Below the pieces are notes generated by a model, which saw only the letters and a list, made by a program, of their open reading frames with translations, was not told the origin of the DNA and searched no databases. From Heptranchias perlo (lineage: Eukaryota): a stretch of 64,000 nt of DNA. A program made the position numbers and the translations under genes. Location: assembly GCF_035084215.1 (NCBI RefSeq), contig NC_090346.1, positions 14,322,001-14,386,000 on the forward strand. The letters are read 5' to 3'. Of the stretch, positions 54,301 to 64,000 are shown piece after piece; positions within the stretch are counted from its first letter, which is position 1; the number at the start of each line of letters is the position of its first letter.

Positions 54301-55005
54301 GTTTAGGAACAGATAGACTTGGAGGTGTATGTGCACAAATCTTTGAAGGTGACAGGACAAGTTGAGAAGGCTGTTAAAAAAGCATATGGGATCCTTGGCT
54401 TTATTAATAGGCATCGAGTACAAAAGCAAGGAAGTTGTGCTAAACCTTTATAAAACATTGATTAGGCCTCAGCTGGAGTATTGTGTTCAATTCTGGGCAC
54501 CACACTTTTGGAAGGATGTCAAGGCCTTAGAGAGGGTGCAGAGGAGATTTACTAGAATGGTACCACGGATGAGGGACTTCAATTATGAGGAGAGACTGGA
54601 GTTGTTCTCCTTAGAACAGAAAAGGTTAAGAGGAGATTTGATAGAAGTGTTCAAAATCATGAATGGTTTTGATAGATTAAATAAGGAGAAACTGTTTCCA
54701 GTGGCAGAAGGGTCGGTAACCAGAGGACACAGATTTAAGGTGACTGGCAAAAGAACCAGAGGCGGCATGAGGAAACATTTTTTTTTTTGCAGCAAGTTGT
54801 TATGATCTGCAATGCACTGCCTGAAAGGATGGTGGAAGCAGATTCAATAGTAACTTTCAAAGGGGAATTGGATAAATACTTGAAGGGAAAAAATTCAAAG
54901 GACTATGGGGAACGAGCAGGGGAATGGGACTAATTGGATAGCTCTTTCAAAGAGCCGGCAAAGGCACAATGGGCCAGATGGCCTCCTCCTGTGCTGTATC
55001 ATACT
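51365..55005 (+). mobile_element. Degenerate CR1 LINE ORF2 with a second CR1 nested at 51545-52687
   Basis: Host has APE remnants (VYYRPP, GDFNYPNIDW) and RT remnants (SGVPQGSVIGP, KFADD, RPQLEYCVQFW). The nested copy has its own GVPQGSVLGP/FADD and 3' tail. ATGGG lies at both junctions. Confidence 0.9.
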
Positions 55006-55579
55006 GTAAAAGAAAAGATTTACATTTTCTTTCAAACACCTTTCAACAACATGGTGACTTTCCTTTTCAAAAGACATAAAGAATCATGTGTGTTCTGCAA
55101 ATAAATGTGGCTTTAGGAAAGCCAATATTTATTTAACAAGGTTTTGTGGGGTGAAAAGCACAGCTATAGATTGAAATCAGCAATAGTGGGTTGGTCAATC
55201 ATGGGGAGTTACAAACACTGCAAGGTTTGTGCCAGGCAATGTAATTATGCAATAAGTTCTGACTCAAACAGGTTCTTTTTATTTGCATGCATTTGGATTT
55301 TTCAGTGGTCTCAGACAGTTTAACCTTGTCAAAAATAAATCTTTCACTGATAAATTTTTCTATTCCATTGCACTATTTACCTAGTTTAAAAAAAACTTTG
55401 TACATTCGGGCATTGGTCCTCAACCCTTAGTAGACTAGTCCCACTCTGACAAGTCTGGCCCTCAACCAAGGCCTGTTGCAAATTGTAAAGTGGTGAATTT
55501 CTCTGAATGTCTTTTACGCTGCCAGGTTCTGAAATGCTGCCGAACTATACAAGTCTGAATCTTAAAAAGCTTCAAGGCA

Positions 55580-55915
55580 TAGACAGAATCACACAACACA
55601 GAAAGTGACCATTCGGACCATCGTGCCTGTGCCGGCTCCTTGAAAGAGCTATCCAATTAGTCCCCTGCTCTTTCCCCGTAGCCCTGAAAATTTTTCCCCT
55701 TCAAGTATTTATCCAATTCTCTTTTGAAAGTTACTCTTGAATCTGCTACCACCACCTTTTCAGGCAATGCATTCCAGATCATAACTCGCTGTGTTTAAAA
55801 AAAACAATTCTCCATCTCCCCATTGGTTTTTTTGCCAATTATCTTAAATTTATGTCCTCAAGTTACAGACCCTCCTACCAGTGGAAACAGTTTCTCCTTA
55901 TTTAATCTATCAAGT
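55580..55915 (-). mobile_element. CR1-type LINE 3' fragment
   Basis: Reverse-complement homologue of 54670-55000. Confidence 0.75.
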
Positions 55916-57484
55916 AGGATAAACTTAAAGGGGAGGGAAAGCGTATGAAACAGGGCCTTTCTGCATAAATGTGCCCTGGTTGTTAATCTGGGTGCCTTTA
56001 ATCAGGAGCACTGATTGCTTCCCAGTGATAGATGGCATCATGACATCACCGAATGAAATGGGCCCTCTCCCAGCATTAAAAATTTAACTTGTACAAATTA
56101 TGTTTTTTTCCTTAAAGGAATGAAGACTAACAATAATAACGGGATACATATGTGGGAAAGTACCCATTTTCTACCCGTTCTTTCCAATTTAAGTTAGCTA
56201 GATTCTGAAAGTAGTAGCTGGTAACCATCCATAGTGCCCTCTTTTTCTCCTTCCCACTCAACCCCCTCCCCTCATGTCTAGGGAGGATTCAGATGTTACC
56301 CCCACCACCACCAACAGCACATTCCACCTCTTCCCTTCCTGCAGCTTAAAATTCACACAGCACAATAGTTTTATTCCCATTTTCAAAATAATTCTGCTCA
56401 AGTAAAATGACAAACGAAAGATTTCACTGAGCCAGTGCTATATTGAAACAAAAAAGCAGTACGTTCAATACATCAGCAACAGATCCTCCCACACCAAGAC
56501 CATTCCTAATAAGAAATTATTTTTGTTCAGCAACACTGCAACTAATAGCCTACATTACTCAACAGTCTACAATTAATGCATGCCGGTATTACTGAAACAC
56601 CGATCTTAATCTCGCTAGGATGCATCTCACTCTGAAAATTTGTAGTTAATATTTAGCCATAATTTTCTAATCTAATTTAAGCTGCTTTTACATTGTCTTT
56701 AGAAGACTGCTCCTGCTGCCGATTCTGGACACGCTGGACTTGCATATGCGGTGGCACCTGGTGTAAACCTACCAATTCAGTGAGACACAGGCTGCCAAGT
56801 AAAAAAAACAGGTCTTCCCAGCAGTCACATTTAATCAACGTGACACATTTACATTGGAATCGCTGCTGGGTGCATGAGTCCCACACATCAGGAACTGACC
56901 ACGCAAGTACCTCTCTAAAGTCAAACAGCTTTAAGGAAATACAAAACACACCAGTCAAAGCATTCAACTCAAGTAATGCTCCCATGGCTCAGTTGGTAAG
57001 CACACTTGCTCACTGTGAAGTGGAGCCCATAAGAACGGGAAGGTCTCAGATTCAATCAGCAGTCTTCAGTGATCACAGATACAGCGGAGGCAGGGGTGCT
57101 ACAGTCGGCCTCAGCAGCGCTAGGTGATGGTGCGGTTAAAAAAAACAATCCTGTAGTGGTTATGCTTCTGATGGCAACCCTGTTAGAAAGGGGGCATGTG
57201 TAAATGGAAACAAGCTCCTGCTGTGACTTCCCTCACTGTCAAACAGCCTGGCATGCACTGCCAAAGCTCATGTGTGAACAATGCAAAACTGAGTTTCTGA
57301 CACTGGAGCCCCTCAGTGAGTGTTGCAAATTGCAGTGCCTGGAGTGGCAGAATACTGGTACTGCAAAACTTATTAAAATTACATTCTGTCAGTAATAGTC
57401 CTCAGACCAATGGAATTTTCAAACTCATCCAGTTCATTAAATTATTATACCTTTTGGAGAATCCTTGATGCCTCAGTTGGGGGT

Positions 57485-57955
57485 CACAGAATTTTATAGC
57501 AGAAAACAGCGCATCGCACCTGTGCCGGCTCTCACTTGGTCCTATTCCCCAACCCTTTCCCTATACCATTTTTAATTTTTCTTCTTCAAATAATGACCCA
57601 CTTCCCTTTTAAAAGCTATACCAGATTCTGCTCCTACCATTGTTTCTGGTTGGGCAACTATTTAAGAAAAATTCTGCTATATTCTCCCTTCATTCATTAG
57701 ATAATCTTAAATTTACCAACTCACCGAGCAGTGAAAATAGTTTTCCCTGATTTATCCTCAGATCTCCTCTTAACCGTCTTTGTTCTAATGAATAGAGCCC
57801 TAGTTTCTCTAATCCCCTCATAACTAAAGCCTCTCATCCCTGGGATGACCCGAATGAATCTCTTCTGCACCCTTGTCACGACCTTGACATCCTTCCTAAA
57901 GTAAGGCGTCCAAAGCAGGACACAGTATTTTAACTGCTGCCTAACTAATGATTCA
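57485..57955 (-). mobile_element. Old CR1-type LINE 3' fragment
   Basis: Diverged match to the other CR1 3' ends (CTTCTGCACCCT...ACATCCTTCCTAAAGT). Confidence 0.6.
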
Positions 57956-57974
57956 TGTAGGTTTAACCTTAACT

Positions 57975-58335
57975 CTTTGGTAAGTGCACTGCTTACTGTG
58001 CAAGTGAACTGTACAGACCCTGATCTGTTCTGAGTTAATTGATGTCAGTAGGGGGCAGTATAACTGCTCTTGGACTAGGGAGGTGGTAAAAAGAAATAGG
58101 AAAATCAGTCTCATTTTCCACTGCTGATCACAAGTGGCCGACGCTGGAAAGCTCACATAGGGGGCATAAGGCCAGGAAAGATCAGACTCAGCTGTAATGT
58201 CCCCCATAACTGAATACCCTGCCAACAGGCACTGTCTAAGCTCAGAGATGAAGAATGACCATTTGGCCACCATACTGGAAGGTAGCATATACCCATGGAA
58301 CTGTACCCCAGAACAATTCAGTGCCTTCAGGAGAG
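57975..58335 (+). mobile_element. Dispersed old SINE-like repeat (core CTGTGCTGAGTTAGCTGATCTCAG); further copies near 18750, 22820, 25560, 26560, 30710, 31690, 47320
   Basis: The diverged motif series recurs at least 8 times in the window, with a tRNA-like head in some copies. Family not identified. Confidence 0.55.
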
Positions 58336-58762
58336 GAAGGAAGAAAATAAGAAGGAAAATATAAGTTACTATACTTTGCAATTCTGTACTGCTCTTTATT
58401 ACACCCAGTATCTAAAACAAGTAGCAGGACATCTTTACTTAACCAACACTTCTTGCCTCTTCGCACCCAAGAACCATCTATCTGAAACTGAATGCTTGCT
58501 TTTTAATTCACGCTAACTGCACATCAGATAAGAAATAGCAAATGTTAGTGAGGTCCCAGTTTATAAGTATCAAAGTACTATGTCCAAAGTTTATCATGGG
58601 TTATTGTACCTTGAAATAGGATTAGGATAGTGAGGAAAAACACACATTTATCAACATACAAAGACAATTGATCAGATTTGTATTTAACTGTCTTTACACG
58701 AAGTCCCAAACCATAAAAAAAAATAACTTTTGTTCAATACTATTCTAATGATAATCAATTAC

Positions 58763-59185
58763 CCGTAAATCCATTGGAATTCTGATAGCCCAGCAATGGC
58801 GGCTGCTGCTGTTGTTGTTGTTGTTGTTGTTGCTGCTGCACAAACTGTGGCTGTGATTGTGGGGAGGCTGTAAAACTCTGCGACATCATGAGAGGCTGCT
58901 GCTGTTGGCCCTGTTGCATCTGAGCAGTCTCTTGCTCGACATGTTGTGGAGAGGGGGCCTGAAGCTGCTGTTGTTGCTGCGGTTGAAGTAGAGGCCCCTG
59001 GTACATTTTAACAGGGGTTTGCGTCTTAACGCTAGTCCCCAAGAGGCTGTCGAGGGACAAGTTCAGCGAGCCCTGGTTAGACAGGGCACGTGAACTGCTT
59101 TCCTGAAGAGGAGTGCTAGCACCAAAATGGTTGTCAAATAACCCAGGGAACTCTCCATCCTGGTTGTTAATCAGCTGCAGCATAT
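58763..59185 (-). CDS. SREBF1: SREBF1 exon 2
   Basis: tacag|(D)MLQLINNQDGEFPGLFD... followed by a Gln/Pro-rich region; 423 nt; phase 1 at both ends. Confidence 0.95.
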
Positions 59186-59898
59186 CTGTAAATCAAGCAG
59201 AACATAAATGGTATGACTATAAAAATAAGTTTCTACCTCTACATACTGTGCATGGCAAAAAAAAAGATGCTGATGGGACAGTTATCATAAACACATGACT
59301 GCATTTACTCTGCCCTAATACAGATGTGCGCCACTAAAATAAATGAGTAAACCTAGAGTTGCCGACACAATGTTGATGATTGCAGTTCAAAAGTAATGAA
59401 TTAATTGTGATGTGTCTTGGGATACCCTGAGGCTGTGATAAGGTGCTATATAAATGCAGGTAGCTTCTGTTAATTTGAACCTATATTAGAAAAAATCAAA
59501 ATCTTTATAAATTTAGAATTAAAACAGGGCAGCTCTTCGACGCAATCAAACCCAATTACCCAAACCTAAACAGAGAATACCATCTCCATTACTCGTACTA
59601 ACTCCATGGCTCCCATGTATTTTGGATTATTGCCAATGTATTTCAGATCTTAAATAAGTATTAATTTACTATGCAACTACAAGCAAACAGCATAAATATT
59701 AAGCCTTGCATTTTCAAAATAAAGTTAATTATATTTTTGATTCCATTCAGTCCTACATACTACAACTGAAATAAAAACCATCTAAAATCAAATACAGCAC
59801 TCTTGTAAAATATGCCAAGGGAATAGAAACTAACCCAGTTTTAAAAATAACATTTTTCAAAAATATTATCCTGCATAAGTTAAAGTATAGTCATACAA

Positions 59899-59914
59899 AG
59901 GTTACTTTAGGTCA
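59899..59914 (+). promoter_or_regulatory. DR4 / LXR response element just downstream of exon 1c
   Basis: AGGTTA-CTTT-AGGTCA. Confidence 0.75.
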
Positions 59915-59968
59915 TTTGCACCAAAACACTTCAATCGTTACAGTAAAACTACAATATAACAGTATTAC

Positions 59969-59987
59969 CTTCAAATGTGCAGTCCAT
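59969..59987 (-). CDS. SREBF1: SREBF1 alternative first exon, SREBP-1c type (MDCTFE|D)
   Basis: ATG GAC TGC ACA TTT GAA G|gtaat. Phase 1 joins exon 2 to give MDCTFEDMLQLINNQD, the mammalian SREBP-1c N-terminus. Confidence 0.9.
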
Positions 59988-60211
59988 TGGCGCACCTTAT
60001 CTGTGCAAAACTTCACACAAGGTTTATGTTGCTACACTAACAGCAATATTTTCAGTCATGCACAAGAACACTTTAGGATCTTATCTGCTTAGCCTTTCGG
60101 AACAGTGCATGTACAAAACCATAGAGCAATAAGGAAACAGCACCGCTTTTCTCCTTGCCTCCTCCCACTCCCATTTTAGAAAAAAAAATCCACCGACTGT
60201 ATTCAAATTGA

Positions 60212-60279
60212 GGGGCGGATTTCGGAATCTTTTTTTTCATGAGGTGATCTGGTTGAACCAATCACTGCAGTCCCCCAAT
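60212..60279 (-). promoter_or_regulatory. 1c proximal promoter module: GC box, SRE-like site, two CCAAT boxes
   Basis: GGGGCGG 60212-60218; ATCACCTCAT (minus) 60239-60248; CCAAT 60258-60262 and 60275-60279. Confidence 0.65.
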
Positions 60280-60381
60280 CGCTCGCTATGTTTGGCTTAC
60301 CACTCAGACATGACAGAAAGGATTTGTTTAACAGTCTACACCGTCAGGGGCGCTGATTAATTCAGAAAGGTGAATAACCGG

Positions 60382-60397
60382 AGGTTACTATCGGACA
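60382..60397 (+). promoter_or_regulatory. DR4 / LXRE candidate upstream of exon 1c
   Basis: AGGTTA-CTAT-CGGACA. Confidence 0.65.
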
Positions 60398-60719
60398 TCT
60401 GATCCCAAAGCTCATTCTATCACAGCTACCAGCCTTCAAACTACACTCGAGACATTTAAAATTATAATCTAATGCTACGACATAATTTCAGTTTCGGAAA
60501 ATTAAAGATTTGTTTTATTTTTTTAAAAAGTACCATTTAAAATATTGAAACATCCGAACATTTCGTGTTTTAAAAATATCAGAAACGGCTCCACAGGGTT
60601 ATAAATTACAAAAAAGGAGCCCCTTTTACGCAGCTAAAGGTTTTCTACATATGTTGTACGTGTCTGAGAATAGATGAGTGTGCAGATGAACTTAAGAATT
60701 CCCCAGCAGCTGAAGGCAA

Positions 60720-60735
60720 TAACCGCTAGTAACCC
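60720..60735 (-). promoter_or_regulatory. DR4 / LXRE candidate upstream of exon 1c
   Basis: GGGTTA-CTAG-CGGTTA on the minus strand; resembles mammalian SREBP-1c LXREs (GGGTTACT.GCGG...). Confidence 0.7.
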
Positions 60736-61797
60736 TGGCGTGTCGTCACTGCCTGAGAGGCTGAAAGGGGTTTGGTCCAAACTGAGCACACAATTCAGCA
60801 ACTGCAACCTTGCCAGAGCTACACAGTGCCAATGCTACTGGGCACCAGGGAAAACAGCACACTCACTCTCCACTTCTAAAAAAAGATACATATAAAGTCA
60901 AAAGATTTGATATATATATTAATTAAATTTAAATATAAACAATTTTCCTGCTTTGCAATACCCCATAGCAATTAAAGATGGATTTCGGTTCTAAATATTA
61001 CATTTTGGTAAACTTTATTTTTTATGTCATTGCTTAAAAAATACATTTCATTTCAAACTGAGTACTACAAAATCATTCAAAATGTATAGAACTTTTAATA
61101 ATAAGGGTAGCCCGCCAAGCAATATCTATTTAAAAACACATCAGCAAATGGGTGAAGCTACTCTAACATGAGTACTGACGCGGGATATGCAAGAGTCATT
61201 TACAATTGTATATAAATACATGTGATTTTAAATAATGTATATTTATTTTTAAATGTACCACAACGCTGGTAAGTAAAATAAAATTATACATATATAAATA
61301 TGCACTTACACACAAATCATGTAAGTAAAAGGAATATAACATTTTAATTTATGCATATTAGCAGAATTGTACCAGCACTCTTAATTTTTAAACCAGTGAA
61401 AAGCAAATGCTTTCAATTGTTTTGCTAAGCGATTCCACACATTCCTAATTCTACCCACGAATATTCATGCCCGTCAGACTCGACTGAGGCCTGCCCATGC
61501 CCATTAGGCAATGGCCACAGATGCCAGGCTCCAGAGATGCCCATGCTAGCCAGGCACAAGCTAGCCTTGGATGCTTCGAAAAGCTCGTTAGGCAGTGCCC
61601 ATTTCTACCAGGCAATGCCCACAGGTGCCAGCCAATACCTATATACCTGCCAGACTATGCCCATAGATGCCTTGTAATGCCCATATGTGCGAGACCCTGC
61701 CCCCTCTTTCATGGCTCCTGCCCTCTCCCCCACCCCCTCTCATGGGTCCTGCCTTCTCCCCCCCCCCCCCCCTCCATGGGTCCTGCCCATCACTCAC

Positions 61798-61888
61798 CAT
61801 CAATGTCACTGAGCAGCGCGTTATCGATCTCGCTGCTCTCCGTCAGAGACGGGTCCAGATTGTCCAGGGACGACTCCTCGAATATCAT
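61798..61888 (-). CDS. SREBF1: SREBF1 exon 1a (acidic activation domain)
   Basis: gccATG-IFEESSLDNLDPSLTESSEIDNALLSDID|gtgagt; 91 nt, phase 1. In-frame upstream ATGs exist at 61930 and 61969. Confidence 0.92.
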
Positions 61889-62099
61889 GGCCGGGCCAGA
61901 GGATCGGTGCGGCTGCCCACCGTTATTCATCTTAAATGGTATCACTGTACCGAATCCAGGCGGCAGCATGAGGGGGGGGGGGGGGTATGGGGGGCAAAAT
62001 TGGCCCCCGGGGGAGGGGGGGATTCCGTGTTTACACAGAGCTCACTCGCCTCAGCACCATGTCAATAAACGGCAGCACAAGCCTAACTTGCTACCGACA

Positions 62100-62420
62100 C
62101 AGAGGGGGCGGCAGTCTTCCCGCCGCCCTCTTGATTGACAGCGAGCCAGGCCAGTGAGTGATCAGAACCCAGGGAGGTGCGGCGAACGCGGGCCGCCCGA
62201 CCCCACCAATCAGACGCCAGCTTGTCCAAGTTCGGTTGAGTGGGCACCAGCACGCGCGGGCGAGGGGGCGGGGCCGGCCCGCGTGCTGCTAGAACCAGCC
62301 GGAACCAACCAATCGCAGCGCCGACTCCGGCGTGGGGTGATCCGTCGTCATCGCTTCACCCGCCCCCCTTTTTTGTGGCGATTACATCATCCAACCAACT
62401 TACCCGCCCCACGTGGTGTC
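62100..62420 (-). promoter_or_regulatory. CpG-rich SREBF1 1a promoter
   Basis: GC box 62265-62274; CCAAT 62206-62210 and 62309-62313; perfect SRE-1 ATCACCCCAC (minus) 62332-62341; E-box CACGTG 62410-62415. Confidence 0.8.
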
Positions 62421-62700
62421 TGGGAGTCGATAGTTCCTATGGTTAACATTCGAGTGTATTTTACAAGCGTCGAGGTGGGAGGGCGCAGTTTTGTTTCACC
62501 AGCTTGACTTGGAATCGTAAAATGTTGCAGCGCAGAAAGAGACTGTTTGGCGCATCATGTCTGCACACGTGTTTTTGTGCTCATGAGCCGCCTAGTCGCA
62601 CTTTTTAAAACACCCTCTTTTATTAAACGTGCTCATTCGAAAGAATTCATGGAATCTGCTTCAACAACATTTGTGATCTAGAATTCGGATGTATTTTCTA

Positions 62701-62793
62701 TGATGTGGAGATACCGGTGATGGACCAGGTTATAGTCCAACAGTTTTATTTGAAACTGTTGGACTATAACCTGGTGTTGTAAGATTCCTTACA
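62701..62793. mobile_element. Minimal Penelope-like foldback insertion with 13-bp TSD, inside an old CR1 remnant
   Basis: GATGTATTTTCTA at 62688-62700 and 62794-62806; internal palindrome CCAGGTTATAGTCCAACAGTTT/AAACTGTTGGACTATAACCTGG. Confidence 0.85.
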
Positions 62794-62989
62794 GATGTAT
62801 TTTCTAACCGTCCCTTAATTACTTTAAATGTGCGCCCTCTCATTACTGTCTCACCGACCAGGGGAAATAATCCTTCACTTTTTATCTTAAAACCCTTCAT
62901 AGTCTTGAACATATCCATCAGGTCACTTCTTAACCTTCTCAATTCCAGGCCCTAAGCTCTGAAATTCCCTCCCTAAATCTCTCCACCTC

Positions 62990-63538
62990 TCATAGAAATC
63001 ACAGCAGGCTATTCGGCCCATTGAGTCCATGCCAGCTCTATGCAAGAGCAATCCAGCTAGTCCCACTCCCCCGCTCTATCCCTGTAGCCCTACTGTTTTT
63101 TTCCTTTCAACTACTAATCCAGTTCCCTTTTGAAGGCCATGATTGAATCATGGTGCCTCCACCACCCCCTCAGGCAGTGCATTCCAGATCATAACCACTC
63201 ACTGTAAAGAAGTTTTTCCTCATGTCACCTTTGGTTCTTTTGCCAATCACCTTAAATCTATTGCCCTCTGGTTCTTGACCCTTCTGCCAATAGGAACAGT
63301 TTCGCTCTAGCTGATTTAAATTTGTCTATCAAATCTCCTCGCAACCTTCTCTGTTCCAAGGAGAACAACCCAGCTTCTCCAGTCTATCCACATAACTAAA
63401 GTCCCTCATCCCTGGAATCATTCTAGTAAATCTTTTCTGCACCATCTCCAAGGCCTTCACATCTTTCCTAAAGTGCGGTGCCCAGAACTGGACACAATAC
63501 TCCAGTTGTAATCAAACCAGTGTTTTATAAAGGTTCAT
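62990..63538 (-). mobile_element. 5'-truncated CR1 LINE
   Basis: Colinear with 36878-37460. Confidence 0.85.
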
Positions 63539-63584
63539 TTAAGTTGTTCCTTAAAACTTTCTGGGTCTGAAATTGAGTGTGAAA

Positions 63585-63959
63585 ATGCCTGAGGACAAGA
63601 AAGCAGCTCCCAAAAAGGGCGCCAAGAAAACCCTGAATAAAGCACCAGCCAAAGGCGGCAAGAAGCGTAGAAAGTCGAGGAAGGAGAGTTACTCCATCTA
63701 CATCTACAAAGTGATGAAACAGGTTCACCCCGACACCGGCATCTCCTCCAAGGCCATGAGCATCATGAACTCCTTTGTGAACGATATTTTTGAGCGCATC
63801 ACTGGTGAGGCTTCCCGCCTGGCCCATTACAATAAACGCCACACCATCAGCTCCCGGGAGATCCAGACCGCCGTGCGCCTGCTGCTGCCCGGGGAACTGG
63901 CCAAGCACGCCGTGTCAGAAGGGACCAAGGCAGTGACCAAATACACCAGCTCCAAGTAA
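63585..63959 (+). CDS. H2B: Histone H2B, intact 124-aa ORF; probable orphon/retrocopy
   Basis: [12 protein letters not shown]...[25 protein letters not shown]...AVTKYTSSK*. No histone promoter upstream, because a LINE lies about 46 bp before the ATG. Confidence 0.9.
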   Translation: MPEDKKAAPKKGAKKTLNKAPAKGGKKRRKSRKESYSIYIYKVMKQVHPDTGISSKAMSIMNSFVNDIFERITGEASRLAHYNKRHTISSREIQTAVRLLLPGELAKHAVSEGTKAVTKYTSSK

Positions 63960-64000
63960 AACTCCACAATGAACTGAAAAAAAAAACACCTACCTCTTTG

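Noticed and set aside
3811-61888. Alternative identity as the paralogous TCF20/SREBF2 pair, suggested by the miR-33a-like sequence and Gln-rich region
   Set aside because: The RAI1-type N-terminus, the MDCTFE exon, MLQLINNQD and the direct tail-to-tail adjacency all point to RAI1/SREBF1.
61497-62507. Plus-strand ORFs of 213, 133 and 117 aa
   Set aside because: GC-rich, low-complexity antisense frames over exon 1a and its promoter, with no recognisable domain.

Overview
Vertebrate genomic DNA. The repeat content (CR1/L2 LINEs, Deu-type SINEs, Penelope-like pieces) suggests a cartilaginous fish; this is an inference. The window holds the conserved tail-to-tail RAI1-SREBF1 pair. RAI1 (+) has 4 coding exons (3811-14420, about 1903 aa). 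SREBF1 (-) has 19 exons (61888-18420, 1125 aa); all splice sites are GT-AG and the phases are consistent. Highlights: (i) a separate SREBP-1c-type first exon (MDCTFE|D) with three DR4/LXRE, SRE, CCAAT and GC motifs around it; (ii) an intronic miR-33 hairpin whose 5p arm is miR-33a-like although the host is SREBF1; (iii) several Penelope-type minimal hammerhead ribozymes in short foldback insertions with 12-13 bp target-site duplications, one enclosing a piece of a nearby CR1 copy; (iv) a 3.3 kb minisatellite of 33-37 bp units just upstream of the large RAI1 exon; (v) a solitary histone H2B ORF fused to a truncated LINE. Repeat boundaries were read by eye and are approximate. No database searches were run.
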